A stretch of 64,000 nucleotides of DNA from Takakia lepidozioides (lineage: Eukaryota; Plantae; Bryophyta): assembly GCA_030704615.1 (NCBI GenBank), contig CM060734.1:38998001-39062000 (forward strand). The letters are read 5' to 3'. Position numbers and translations under genes: made by a program. The notes beneath the pieces are model-generated. The model was not told the origin of the DNA, ran no database searches, and saw nothing but the letters and a program-made list of their open reading frames with translations. Shown here piece after piece: positions 11,001-24,320 of the stretch. Each line of letters opens with the position of its first letter. Positions within the stretch are counted from its first letter, which is position 1.

Positions 11001-12628
11001 TGGACAACAAAGTTATGCCCAGTGGTAATGGGCACCTACCACCTCGGAAGTGGGTGTGGGTTCAATCCACTGATTGGTGTCAGAAAAGTGTCCATTGACA
11101 CCATTAATTACGCTTCCTTCGGGAGGTGTCATATATATATATGTGTGATCAAAGTACGTTCAAGGTCCAAATAAACCTTAAACCCTAAACTCTAAACTTG
11201 GTGTACATCAACAATGCTCTTGCACTTCACAACATCCCTCTCTTTCACTTCACGAGCCCCCTCCCACACTTAACAACGTCTTTCTCTCCTTCACCGTTCT
11301 TGCATCCCAATGTGTCTATCCTACAATCATAGCATGCCATGATACCACATCCGTCATTCTTAGCCTAAAAAGCTTACAATTTCTAAATTATAAAATATTT
11401 ACTATTTTTAATTAAAAATTATACTAAATGACTGTTAATAGCAAAGATGACTGAAACCTAATGCCACGTCATCTTTTCCTACAGTTCATAGACACGACCA
11501 TTACTAGTAGTTATATATTTTCAAAATGTTGGTACGATCAAATTACGTTGACCAACCCTCCATATTTTCGTAGACGTGTAGACACAACCACGACTACATT
11601 TCTGTGGAATAGCAAATTTTTTAGCTTTTATGAGTCGCAGTCATAAACGTAGACGCCATTGCCGCCACAACCTTTCAGTCGTGAAAGCCGGGCTATGTTG
11701 TAGTAACAGTACATAAATACATCACACATCACCTCCAAGGCCGCCGATCTCTTAGTCCACGCCAACTGCGCACCCAATGTCCCCCCACAACATCTTGTTG
11801 CATTTTCCACAAAGGTCTGAAGATGTGTACATCGGGGTATGTTCATTCCGGTTGACCCTTGATACAAATTACAGTACATCATTTGAATACCATACACACG
11901 CATAGTACAAGACATACTTGATATGATCATCCATGTCCACATCGCTAATATGCATCATTTTGGCTCACCCTCCACACATCAACCCCGTCAAAACCACATC
12001 CTATCCACAATGTTTACCAAGGCAACACAAAGCTGAAGTCTCGTTCGCGCACAGTCCATACCAAGACCCACATATAAATAGAATTGACCAAGTCTATATT
12101 TTATTCATCACAAGCTATTTAGCTACTTTTGGGACACTAAATCAGTTACGAATGTCAAATTTAAGTTTAGATGTGCCTAGTACATGCGTAACCAACACAA
12201 CAAATTTTTCTACCCAAAAGTATAACCCCTCAATTTTTGACTTTTATGCACCCACAACCCGTTTGCATACAACACATAATCACATTTGTACTTGGGACAA
12301 TGCACACACCCAGTCATATACGGTTTGCGCATCACGTGTCATAACCAAGTTGTCATATGTTGACACATCCACAAACTATTAATGCGGCAATACAATTTTA
12401 CATCCATTAATAGTACAATTTGTCTGTCATGCATATAAGGAGGTATAAATCTAGACGTGGTCACTCAACACCCACATCTATCAACACATTGTGCGAGTGC
12501 ATTTTACAAGTGTGCATGTGGCCTCTCAAGATTTAATACTTCAAGGGGGAGGAACATAAAATCTTGTCCAAATTAGAAAGAGTCAAGTGGTTTACTGCAG
12601 TACCCATAACCTGTTGCAACTATTAATC

Positions 12629-13816
12629 ATGGCACCAATGTTTCATCTTATGATGAATGCTTCTCTCTACTTGATCATGCTTCTGACGCCAGTTTTGTTG
12701 AAAGGGGCGTCTGCTTACTGTGTGTACAACCTTGCCTCCTACGACATCAGCGTCCTACAGGTGATGATTAAGTTACAAGTGATCATGAGTTTGAGACCTA
12801 CGTGAAAATGCAAAATATTGTAGAGTTTGTAATCTTTCTAAATAGTTGGCAATGGTTAATGTCAAGGCTGTACTCCACTCCACATACATAGGAGAAGGTC
12901 CATGGTCAATCACGTTTGGTCGTGTTGAATAGACTAGTTAAATTGAAAGAGGTCTCTACTTATTGTATGTTGGACAATGTATCATACACTAAAATCCACA
13001 CTCATCGTGAGCTGCAAGAATTTCGAACCATTTAGATTGGTAAAGAAGTGGACATCAAATTATTTTTTACCACTTTGCTTATAGGTTTGAGATCTACCAC
13101 ACAAAGTATTAGGAAAGACAGTTAGATGTCAAAGTTCGGAATTGTTTCTAATATATCTATATTCTACTTCGAGAAAAGGATATGTCATTACTATTGCATC
13201 TTCAGCTCCATAAATGATATCAATATTGCATGTTACCATATCTTCACATTCATATTTTAATTTGCTTTTGTGACTACAGCTCCCGGTGACGGACACATCC
13301 TTCAAAGCTATAGTATCTGCTGGCACCTATACATGTTGCAACTGGCAAACGTCTGATTGTACTATGGTGAATTCGGGCTCGAACAATTATCCGCATGAAG
13401 ATCGATGTGCAACAACACCATTTGCCATATTGAAGTATCAAATTGATTTGACGGAGGTGGAAGTAGCATCAACTCTAAAAGAAATTAGTTCCATCCTAAA
13501 CGACCTTGCTTCTATGTTCCACAATGGAGACATTATAACTTGGATATCGAATTTTGCAGGTGTAGTAATACCTGCAGAATACAATGCACTTTCACCATCT
13601 AAAGCTGCAAGTTTGATCCCAAATATCATCGGCTACAACTATGTCCCGGATTTTGTTGTGAATGTTATCAATGGGGGCACAATTGAACATAACTATGATG
13701 GTAACGAGATTCCGGTTTCATGCTGGGAAGGAACATGCCAAGGTCCAAACATCAATTGGGATGGAAGTATAGGTCCTCCCTCAGATATTTGCCCTAATGG
13801 CATTGACGGTAATTAA
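12629..13816 (+). CDS. Secreted cysteine-rich protein of unknown function, 222 aa; exons 12629-12760 and 13280-13816
   Basis: ATG 12629; hydrophobic signal ending ...LLKGASA; GT at 12761 and AG at 13278-13279 join in frame; 8 Cys in the mature part (YCVYN...TCCNW..SDC...); TATA-like gtataaat at 12443-12450. Confidence 0.75.
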
Positions 13817-16012
13817 TGCACAACTATAGTGTACAACACTAGATCGTATAGATGAAACCGTAGTGCGACGTCCAGGAAAATGAAAGTCAAATGCCAAAGT
13901 TTGTTCCAATTGTTTAGATGTTTTATGAAGAAATACCAGTTAAAGAATATGATACAAATTGTACAAGACAAGCTTCCTAAAGAGACATATTTTGGGAGGT
14001 TTTTAGAGAAGATTGAACGTAAGGAGATTGAATTATTTGCCTAATTCTGATAAAGAGGAAAGTTCTCATTGGAGAATTACTTGTAATTCTGTATTGAAAT
14101 AGTGTGAGTTGGAGGGCAATTTCTAACTTACAAATAACACCAATTCATGGAATCGGTGTGTCCAAAATAAACATCCAGTCCATCAAAGAAGTGCGGGGAA
14201 GTGTGGTAAGGGACAATGTTTAAATGATTGCTTAGATGTAGTTGCAATCATACAAGCTGGAAAAAAACCCTACTATCTGAAGTTGGAGAGAGACCAAGAT
14301 TTAAGAATTGCCCCTAAAGTCGAGCAATCCAGGTTTTTGCAACATCCCTACCCCTCATCCGTCATGAATAATTTGTGAAATGGACCATTCATCCTCACAT
14401 CTTCTTATATTGATTCGTTATTTCAAGAACGACCGGTTGTTTCCTCTCAACAGAAGTTACAACGTTGAATGAGCTTTCATCTCTTTTTCTTGAAAGAAAT
14501 GACGAATGGATGTTTGATGAGTGAGCTTGGGATCATCATGGTGAACATCGGATCTGGAAACCTCATCCAATTCTCGATATTTGATGAAAATTGTATGACA
14601 TGACATTCACAAATGTCTCATATACAAACTACAAATTAATATGTTCAAAATCAATTCAAACATTTCAGACACACGGAGATCCGTGACGGAGACACCAAAA
14701 GGAACAGTAGCTAAGAGACGAAAGCCCCTAGAGAACTCGGGAATCAAGCAGGACCGTTCGTGAGTCTAAAACTAAAACCCAAAACTTCCGATCATAATTA
14801 ATTTTGAGGTATGTAAAATAATGAATTTAAGCTACCTTATCAAAATTCCATCCATTTCTGTTTTAATGGTTTCTGAAACCATGATTGTTGTGCAACCTTG
14901 AAGGGAGGATCTATCAATACAATTTCAAATGGTGACAATCACCCCCTTTTTCTTCTTTTTTTTCCATAAGGTGGATCAACAGCTCACTATTCAGGCCCTT
15001 ATGAGAGGAGGGGGGAAACATTAACCCACTCGTGTACTTGCTATGAGGCACAGAGGACGGACTAGACAAAAGGTCACGACGATACCGACAAGGTATCATG
15101 AATCACCCGCATGTCATGCAGTGACGGTGCACTATCCAATTGAGTTACTTTGCTTATTATAAGCAAGATTATTTCTTCCTAGCACCTTTTAGTTTGATTA
15201 ATATGGCCGTTTCCCCTTATATACAACCAAGTAGTTTGAAAATAAAAATCAGCTAAAGGAGGGTGGACATGTAGAGGCTGCCCATGTATGTGGCGCCTCT
15301 GACCAATATGACGCCTTCTGCATCACCACTCTATACTGCAAATGGAAAGACCGCACATGGGAGCCCAACAACAACCTCTTTGGCCCCCACCAAGATCGTA
15401 TTCTGGAACACAAAATTCAACTAATAATCGAATATCACCGCCACACCAATCTAACACATATATATATGGACCACTAGAACTACGCTCAACCGCCCAACTC
15501 CCTCCTTGCATGCTGAGAGTTCACTTAGCACCAAACACTCCCCCATTGTCAGGTGGGTGAGGACTCTGAAGTATACTGGTGACATCGTCATAGTTTTAGG
15601 AAAAGCAAATCCAAGGCGCAATTGTCTTTCAACCAGCCTAAGCACAATATGGGTAGTTTTTTAAATTGGTACCTTGTGCTTCTTGGCTTCCTTTCTTCCT
15701 TTTCTCCGTGACCGAGATCAATGCAGTCAGACAGTCCACATTTTGTAGGGATGGGTAACTTTGTTGGAGCTCATGGCCAGACTTGCAATTTGATTCATGA
15801 GGGAATAGAGCAGGCTTTGTACAAGATGCAGATGCAGGTCTAGTATTTGGAGACACAAGATTGTGGATTGAAGAGAGCTTGATACAGAAACATGCAGGAA
15901 GAACCTGGAATATGCTACACCAGTGCTTCACCGGAGAACCATCCAGGGAATGACCACAACGAGTTAATATAAGGCATACGCTGGTGCCACTGAACTGAAA
16001 CTTTGACAGAGA

Positions 16013-19000
16013 TTGTACTCATAAGACATTGTTTGCCGTAGCATTGTGGCCATTGACCCCGCGCCCAGTTTGAACGGAACATAAAGGGGCAGAAACTACC
16101 TTTGTCAGGGGCTGACGCCGGTAGTATGATTTACCTTGGAGTAAACAGTTGATCCGAGATTTCCAGATATCCTCCAGAAATCCCTTCACACAAGCATCAA
16201 TCTGATGTGTTTGATTTGCTTATAGCTAGACCCCAAAAGGGCCTGGGCTTTTGGCTCAGCCTCAAGATTTTCAAAGTTGTTAAGCAGAGGTACAGGCACA
16301 ATTTCCTTGATGGAATGGAAGAGGGTGTCCCGTTGGTGAGAGTACCCAGGACAATGAATCAGGAAGTGAATATTGTCTTCAGGTTGCCCACACAACGGGC
16401 ACTTCAATCCCCCTTTCCTCTCTGCGACTGTTTGTTGTTCAAAGGTAGGCTACCCGCCCTGAGTTTGAATTTTCAGTCTAGTGCCGAGGGTGGGTAGACC
16501 CTTGAGGTCATCCATGATGGCCTCACCCATGTCACAGACTGGAAACAGGTTCAGGGAAGTTTTCTGCCTAACTTCATTTTCTTCAGACAATTTCCTGGCA
16601 ATAGACATGGCTTCGGAAACTTCAGCTTCTAAGCCAGATTTATCCAGCAGGGTCATGGCTAGTGGACTAAGATTCAGATCCTTGAAAATCTCTTCTACCC
16701 TTTTCCGCCAGGATTTAGCCTGTTTGACAGGGCAGTCCTGCTTCCAAGATATAGAGTCGATTAACTTAGGATATCTGGTATTAGCCATACGTTGCAGCTG
16801 ACCCCACCATCTGATTTTGAATTCATTGCGTCGGGAGCTTAAGGGAGGAATGCCAAACCCACCCCGAACAGCCACATTAGCTGTTTTGGAGCATGCTGAC
16901 ATGCACTCCTTGAGCACCCCGACTTGGATGGATTCAAGAGACTTAGCCTGGTTGGAGTTATCAACCCATACAGCAGATGCATACTCCAAGGCCGGCCTGA
17001 TAATGCGGCAAAGCATGGTTTTTTTACTTCAGAGTTGATCCCTCTGCAGTGGAAAAATTTAGTGAGACCCAGCGCTTTGTGTTTGCCAGATTGAACCACA
17101 CTTTGAATATGTGCTTCCCAATTACAGTTGGAGGAAAACTCAACGCCAAGTTAGGTGTAGGAGGGGAGAACAGGGATCTCTTGGCTTCCCCACTGAACAA
17201 TAGGTCAAAAAGTGACCCGATGCAGTGGACCCGTGAGAAAGCCCAAACTGGAGAACGATCCATGGTGGATGATATCATAGTGGACAAGAATCTGTTTCCC
17301 CAGTGTGCCAATGTGTTAATTGACAGAACTGATATTGGTACCTCTGACCACTTTCTGGTTTGGACTGAGATCAAAAGGTGTTTCCCCAACACCAAGAGAT
17401 CTGTGAAACGTTCGATCCAGAAGTGGCGCATTGAAAATTTCCGAAATGAAGAGTTCGAGGCTGAGTATGTCCAGGCCTCGCAAGAGGCTCTGCCCAACTT
17501 TGTCCATTCGCTCCGAGACCTTCAATCTCGTGCTGGCAATGCAAGAAATGAAGTCGAAAGAGCAGTGGACTCTTGGGAGAGTTTCGTCTCTTCTGTGGCT
17601 GAAAAGATCATTGGGAGGAAACTAATTGTCTGCGGTAGAGCTGTTAATTGATGGACCCATGAGATCAAACTCAAGATTGCCGAGAGACGAGCCCTCTATA
17701 AAGAATGCTGCAGAATGAAAGCCAATAATGACCTTTGGGTTAGGAACTACCAGCTCCGCAAAGATATCAATCAGCTTGTAAGGTCTGAGAAGAAACTATA
17801 TTGGGATAAGTTATACGGGGAAATAAACTCAAACCACCATGGTGGTAATGACAAGAAATTCTGGTTGGCCCTTCAACGTCTGTACAAGCCGAAAAATTGT
17901 CAGCAAGTACAAGCGCTGAGGACCCCTAAGGGTGCAGTGGTGACTTCAACGGCTGACATTGTCAACACCTTTGAAACCCACTACAGTACACTTGGCAGAA
18001 ATTCTAGTTCTAGCAGCGAGGGGTTTTCTGAAGAATGGAATGACACAGTACAAAGAACTGTGTCTATGATTCAAGACAGCCCTGATGAACTGGAGTATAT
18101 TTCAAAGGGTTATAACGCTCCCATTAGTTCCTCTGAGATTGCGGAAGCAATTGAGCATCTAAACGAATACAAAGTTGGTGGCCCTTATGGCATTGTCAAT
18201 GAGCTTATCAAGCATGGTGGTGACCCTATGATAGAGGCCCTTGTTCTTCTCTTTAACCTTATATGGGAGAATGAAATTACCCCCTTTCGCTGGCGGCAGG
18301 GGGTCATTGTCAATTTATATAAGAAAGGTGACAGAGAAGAGCCGGGTAACTATCGGGGCATCACGCTTCTTAATGCAGTTGGCAAGATATTCTGCAGAGT
18401 TATAAGTACTCGTCTTGAGGTTGATCTGGAGTCCAGAGGTTGTTTCCATGAAGGCCAAGCTGGCTTTCTGCGAAACAGGGGCTGCATGGATCATATCTTC
18501 ACACTCAGCCAGATTATCCAGGGAAGGAAAAAAGAAGGGAAACCTACTTTTGTCTTTTTCCTGGATGTCAAAAAGGCCTATGACACTGTGGGGAGAGACG
18601 GTCTATGGCTCCGACTCTGGTCTTCCAAGATCAAGGGAAAGATGTGGAGAGTGGTCCATAACTTGTATGCTCACACTAAAAGCTGTGTCACTGTAAATGG
18701 ACAGAAGTCTAATTTCTTTGACATAGACCAAGGTGTAGCTCAAGGATGTACCCTCTCCCCTCTGCTCTTCAATGTTTTCATCAATGAACTACTGGAGGAT
18801 GTGGAAAGTGAGGGATTTGGGTTAAGGGTGGGTGATGTCACCATACCAGCCCTTATGTTTGCGGATGACTTTGCAGGCATAGGGGAGACTCCTTCCAACC
18901 TCCAGGGGCTGATAGATTGCGCGAAGAGATACTTTGATCTTTGGGGGCTAGAGGCCAATGTCAGTAAATGCGCAGTGGTGGCATTCAACGACCGGGGGGA

Positions 19001-19713
19001 AGGAGGAGGCAATCTCAAGTGGGTCGAAAGCTGAAGCTCTTCCAGACAGTTAATTAACCGTCTTCCATTAGAGTTCAGCTCGTCCTCACCAAAAGGTGCG
19101 ATGATATCATCCTGGTGAAGACCTTTACCCACCCGGGCATTGAAGTCACCCAATAAGACGGCCTGACCCTTGGCAAGGAAATTAGCACAGCAGCCAGATA
19201 CTGTGCTCATACCGCAAATCCTTGTTGATAATTTCACAATTGTCACACAAGAAATCTCGGACAAAGAGGCCAACACCTTTTTTCCCACGCTTGGCAGAGG
19301 TCACCTTAAGCGCACACATCTTGCCAAACCAATGGTAGCCGTTGACATCTCCAACCAGTTTGTCCGAAGTTTCCCATGTCTCTTGCCCAGCACAAATATG
19401 AATACCATTTGACTGAAGAACTTGTCCCACTTCAAATTGTTTCCTTTGGTTAGTCAACCCCGAGAAGTTGAAAGTGCCCAGCCTTTTGCATATGGATTGT
19501 TTGCCGTCTAGGGAGCCTATGATTGCTCCTGGACGACCAACCGCTCTGCAAAGGGGGATCAGTTGCCCCATGTGTAGATTTTGGGTGTCTAGAGTAAACC
19601 TTAAGGATTGGCAAACCATGCAGAGTGCCAAATCCTTCAGGCGAAGATTTAATTCTTCGAGAGTAAACCTTAAGGATTGGCAAACCATTCAGAGTGCCAA
19701 ATCCTTCAGTGCC
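16013..19713 (-). mobile_element. RTE-X-like LINE, near-complete APE-RT-CCHC ORF with a ~1.83-kb internal inversion (17193-19022)
   Basis: APE: LGTFNFSGL, AGQETW, LLGDFNARVG, SDHFLV; RT: LDVKKAYD, GVAQGCTLSPLLF, LMFADD; C-terminal CPLC..ED..HFL..C. 15-bp TSD AAACTTTGACAGAGA at 15998-16012 and 19714-19728. Clade assignment is from domain architecture only. Confidence 0.9.
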
Positions 19714-19735
19714 AAACTTTGACAGAGAGAGAGAG

Positions 19736-19775
19736 AATATACTCATAAGATGTTGTTTGCTGTAGCCTTGTGGCC
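19736..19775 (-). mobile_element. ~40-nt 3'-terminal stub of the same LINE
   Basis: GGCCACAAGGCTACAGCAAACAACATCTTATGAGTA followed by a TC tail; flanked by ctttgaca(g/t)agagaga duplicates. Confidence 0.75.
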
Positions 19776-19807
19776 TTTGACATAGAGAGAGAGAGAAGAC
19801 AGAGAGA

Positions 19808-21240
19808 TTGTACTCATAAGACGTTGTTTGCCGTAGCCTTGTGGCCATTGACCCCGTGCCCAGTTTGAGCGGGAACAAAAGGGACAGAACCTACCTCTGT
19901 CAGGGGCTGACGTTGGTAGTAAGACTTACCTTCATATATAGAATTAATCCGGGTTTTCCAGATATCCTCTAGAAATCCCTTCACACAAGCATCAATCTGC
20001 TGTGTGTGATTTGCCCAAAAACTAGGCCTCGGGAGGGGCTTTTGGCTCAGCCTCGAGACTTTCAAAGTTGGTAAACAGGGGTACAGGCACAATTCCCTTG
20101 ATAGATTTGACGAGAGCGTCTCTTTGGTGAGAGAACCCCGGACAGTGTATCAGAAAATCAATACTGTCTTCAGATTGCCCACACAACGGGCAATTGCACT
20201 CTCCCTGTCCTCTCTGCTTCTGTTTGCTGTTCAAAGGTAGGCTTCCTGCCCTGAGTTTAAATTTCAGTCTAGTGCCGAGAGTGGGTAGACCCTTGAGGTC
20301 ATCCAAGATGTCCTCCCCGATGTCACTGACTGGAAACAAGTTCAGGGAAGTTTTCTGCCTAACTTCATTTTCATCAGACAATCTCATGGCAACCGACATG
20401 GCTTTGGACACTACAGCCTCTAAGTCAGATTTATCCAGCACGGTCAAGACTTGCGGATCCAGGTCCAGGTCCTTCAGAATCTCTTCTACTCTCTTCTGCC
20501 AGGACTTAGCCTGTTTGACAGGGCGGTCCTGTTTCCAAGATATAGAGTCGATTAACTTAGGATATCTGGTGTTGGACATATGTTGCAGCTGACCCCACCA
20601 TCTGACCTTGAATTCATCTCGTCAGGAGCTTAAGGACGGAATGCCAAACTCACCCCGAACAGCCACATTGGCTGTTTTGGAGCATGCTGACATACACTCC
20701 TTAAGCACCCCCACTTGAATGGATTCTAGAGACTTAGCCTGGTTGGAGTTATCAACCCATATTGCAGATCTGCACTCCAAGGCAGGTCTAATAACGCGAC
20801 AAAGCATGGTTTTCTTAACCTCAGAGTTGACCCCTCTGCAGTGGAAAAATTTAGTGAGCCCCAGAGCTTTGCCCTTGCCAGTTTGAACAACTTTCCGGAT
20901 ATGTGCATCCCAATTACAATTGGAGGAAAACTCAACGCCCAGGTAAGTGTAGGAAGGGAGGACCGGGATCTCTTGGCTACCCCACTGCCACTTAAGATCA
21001 CTTCCTCCCTCTCCTCTGTCGTTGAATGCTACCACTGCACATTTGCTGACATTAGCCTCTAGCCCCCAAAGATCAAAGTATCTCTTCGCGCAATCAATCA
21101 ACTCCTGGAGATTGGTTGGAGTCTCCCCTATGCCTGCGAAGTCATCCGTAAACATAAGGGCTGGTATGGTGGTATCACCCACCCTTAACCCAAATCCCTC
21201 ACTTTCCATATCCTCGAGGAGTTGATTGATGAAAACATTG
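19808..21240 (-). mobile_element. 5'-truncated copy of the RTE-X-like LINE (RT C-terminal part to 3' end)
   Basis: ORFs 20622..21329 and 20022..20579 (MFTDD, CPLCGQSED); flanking duplicate GAAGACAGAGAGA at 19795-19807 and 21240-21252. Confidence 0.9.
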
Positions 21241-21261
21241 AAGACAGAGAGAGAGAGAGAG

Positions 21262-21330
21262 ATTGTACAAGACGTTGTTTGCCGTAGCCTTGTGGCCATT
21301 GACCCCGCGCCCAGTTTGAGCGGGAACAAA

Positions 21331-21333
<3 letters not shown>
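21262..21333 (-). mobile_element. ~70-nt 3'-terminal stub of the same LINE between two (GA)n tracts
   Basis: Matches the LINE 3' end (...GTCAATGGCCACAAGGCTACGGCAAACAACGTCTTGTACAA); (GA)n at 21246-21262 and 21333-21366. Confidence 0.85.
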
Positions 21334-21369
<36 letters not shown>

Positions 21370-21939
21370 CCACATCAATAAAACCTGTCTGCTTGCAACA
21401 ATTAAACCCATTCTGGGTACCTCCAAGCATCATATCCATCCCCTTGCTGCTGCTTCATTCCCTTACATCATATCTCTTGCACCTGTAGGCAAAAAACGTC
21501 CTTGGACGCAATTGTATACTAAGTTTTAACATCTAATTAAAAGGTCTCAATTACATCTGGGTTCTCGTGTCGTATCCCCTGAAGGCAAACACATGGGCCT
21601 CCAAGAAGCTCCTACAAGCCATGGATCCTAAAGGGAGTGATGAGAGGATGCATCAAGCACCAGTGCCTCGCACAGAGAAATAAAAAATGGGCTCTGCAAC
21701 TAAAAGGAAGCTACCAGGGCTCTGCAAGCATCTGTGCAGTATCATTTGAAAGCTGTACAAAGTTGAAGGATGGTTAAGGGCAAAGCCTTGCTACCAGGAC
21801 TGGTAAAGTGAACATTAGTGACCATTTTCTGTAAGGTAGGCAAGTCACCTGATTATCTTGTTGATAGTGCACTGGAGTTTCCCAGCAATCTCAGGGATGG
21901 TCAACACATGGTTGCAAACCCGCATTTGAGTGGGGAGAC

Positions 21940-24320
21940 TTACATTTGGACTCTTTCACGAGCATGGTTGGCACCGTACACCCTACCACGATCTGCCGCA
22001 GCCTCTCTCTGCAGCTTTGCAATCTCTTCTTTGGATTCCAAGGCAGCCTCTCTCTCCAGCTTTGCAAGCTCTGCTTTGGTGTGAGCTTGTTCAGCCTCCA
22101 GCTGTCGTTGCTCATCCTCCTCTTCTTCTTCTCTTTCATCCTGTTCATCAAACTCCTGCTGTGCAGCCATGGCTTTCACAATAGGATCTCGTAGCTCTGA
22201 GATAAGTCCCCCACCAACCCTGTACTCCGCTTCATCACCAATCAAGTACAGGCGCTGGTCGGCTCCTGCCGTTGGGACATCCACTGCGAGCAACTTGAAC
22301 TCATACTGCACAAAGACATTTGAAATAGTCATATATCACAGGTCTTCTTAGTTAACAACATTGTCTTTGGCTTCCTTATCATTTAAGCGTACCCTTTCGT
22401 AACAATAAAAGACTGGACGTGCCTTTCCCTATGCACGCCACATGAACCAGAGTTTTGTCCCCGAAAAAGGCAGAGCAGCCTCTATTACAACAACTTATAT
22501 GGTTGACACGTTGGTCCACCATCCACAAAGCACAGCTTTGAAAGCAGAGGCTTGATACAGAAATATAATTTCTACGGTACAACCCCAGTTACAATTGTAC
22601 CGAGTACCTGGAGGCTCAAAATTGTCATCCTTGAAGGATGGAGATATGCTCACTATTGCAGGGCTCATAGTGACTGTTGTACGTCTTGTATATTCCCCTC
22701 AATTGATTCCAATGTTGGAATCAATAATCCAACCTTCTGTGGCATTCCACAAGCATCATTTCTTCTTTATGGATAAATTCAGGTCTACCTGTTGGGCAGG
22801 CCGCTGCACAATGAATGTAAACTCAGTAAACTCTAGTGTAGAAACAAGACAGTGGAGGATAAAATTGCTTTTTGTGGGACACAAACTCCCTACCTGTCCG
22901 TTCTTCTTCTTCACCTCACTGCTGACTAGGCCCTTTCTCTCCGACCCCGAGATAGGAAATATCAGGAAGCATCGTTTGCCACTCAGTCGAGGTTGGAAAT
23001 TCTTAATCCGCAAACCACCTCCAGACATGACATATGCACGTACATCTGTTCCAGTAAGCGGAGCCCCCATCACCTCCAAGACTGCAGCTGAGGTGTTCAG
23101 CTTGCGCATAGCAATCCTGTAGACTGCATCTGCATTAATTGTGAACCTGTTCTTCAACACTATAGCCTGTACAGCAGAGTCACAAGCTTAGTTTCACCTC
23201 CTATTGATCAGATGGGCCATTGTGGCAAAGCATTACTGTCTGGGTGAAAGACAACTCATTTTGAATGCAGTTGATACTAGAGTAGATGGAGGATGAAAGG
23301 GGATTCACTCATCAAGAATCAAGCATTAGGGCAGTGCCCTGTTATTACCTGAAGTAAACATAGAGGAAGCATGATGGTTCCGTTTGGAATGTCACCAGCT
23401 AAAGTTGAAAGGTTTTGCGGAGAGGTTTTTTTCAAACGTACCGCAATGGTCACAATAGCTGCTGCAAGTGCGAGGAATCCGAACTTCGCCATGCCCTCTG
23501 AAAGTTTCAGAAATAAGCTTGCAATGCCAAACATAATTCGCCACAACAGCATACAAGCCATCAATCCGACTGCCCCAACGAGGATCAAGTAGTTCCTCTT
23601 CCAAAAGGCCTCCAGTTGAAGTGCTACAGCTTCTTTGTAGTGCGAAACAGACGCCTTTACAGAGTTCACAGGCTTTAGAACAACAGATATACGCTCGCCG
23701 ATGCGGTTTTCAGTGACTACTCCAGTTTTAACCATCGCCTTTGGTGGTGAGTTGGTTTTCAATTGTGGAAACACTGTATCTTTGATCTTCCATTTGTCGG
23801 TCAGGGTCGCTAGACTTTGATTGCGTCTTGATACAGATGATATTTTCGCTTTGTTAATCAAATTACTCTGTTGCCTCAGCACAACTCTTTGCATATGTTT
23901 GTCTGTCCCCTCAATTTCTTTCCCTGACCATCTGGCGCCAGTGTAAAGTCTTCTGCTTCCGCCACCAAATACATTGTATGATACTTTCAAATATGTTCCG
24001 GAGACGAAAGCTCTTACGTGGCACGGACTTGTAAATCCAGCATGCAAAGACGAATGCAGTGCAGTGGCTGCGGAATCCGAGAGAAGAATACCACGAAGGC
24101 CTTCTGCAGGCTTACAAAAGGTCTTTGAAAAGTAAATCACGCTCTCATGCAGATTTGATGCACGTACATCTGGAATCGCTTGAGAGCTGTGAGCTTGAAA
24201 CTGATTAGTAACCAATCTCCTTACAGCACCTGCACCATTCGAGCAGGCAGTCGACACCCCGCCGTTACTCCAGCGCTCTATAGCTTGGGCCACAATGGCA
24301 AGGCCTTTCCTTACTGCCAT
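21940..24320 (-). CDS. TIM21-like mitochondrial inner-membrane protein (resembles the Arabidopsis At2g40800/At3g56430 family); exons 24320-23442, 23166-22894, 22305-21940; ~505 aa
   Basis: Presequence-like N-terminus; LEAFWKRN + two TM segments; RFTINADAVYR.AMRKLNTSA.VLEVMGAPL.G..RAYVMSGG; RCFLIFPI.GSERKGLVS.EVKKK.GQY.KLLAVD. Canonical phase-0 GT-AG introns. The last codons could instead be spliced at GTAAGT (~21943) to a short downstream exon. Confidence 0.85.

Larger units (their letters stand above)
9919..14125 (+). repeat. Left arm of ~4.2-kb inverted segmental duplication (partner 27705-31950)
   Basis: Near-identical ORF translations on opposite strands (13286..13816 vs 28014..28562; 11933..12382 vs 29440..29904). 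Ends match: tcttgtatcggatgtc at 9919 / gacatccgatacaaga at 31950, and ggcaatttcta at 14125 / tagaaattgcc at 27705. Confidence 0.95.

Noticed and set aside
11172-11198. Telomere-like AAACCCT units (also ~30657-30682 and ~56700)
   Set aside because: Only 3-4 degenerate units; common interstitial motif.
11933-12382. 149-aa ORF open in both duplicate arms
   Set aside because: Conservation reflects the recent duplication; no motifs, and it lies in the upstream region of the secreted gene.
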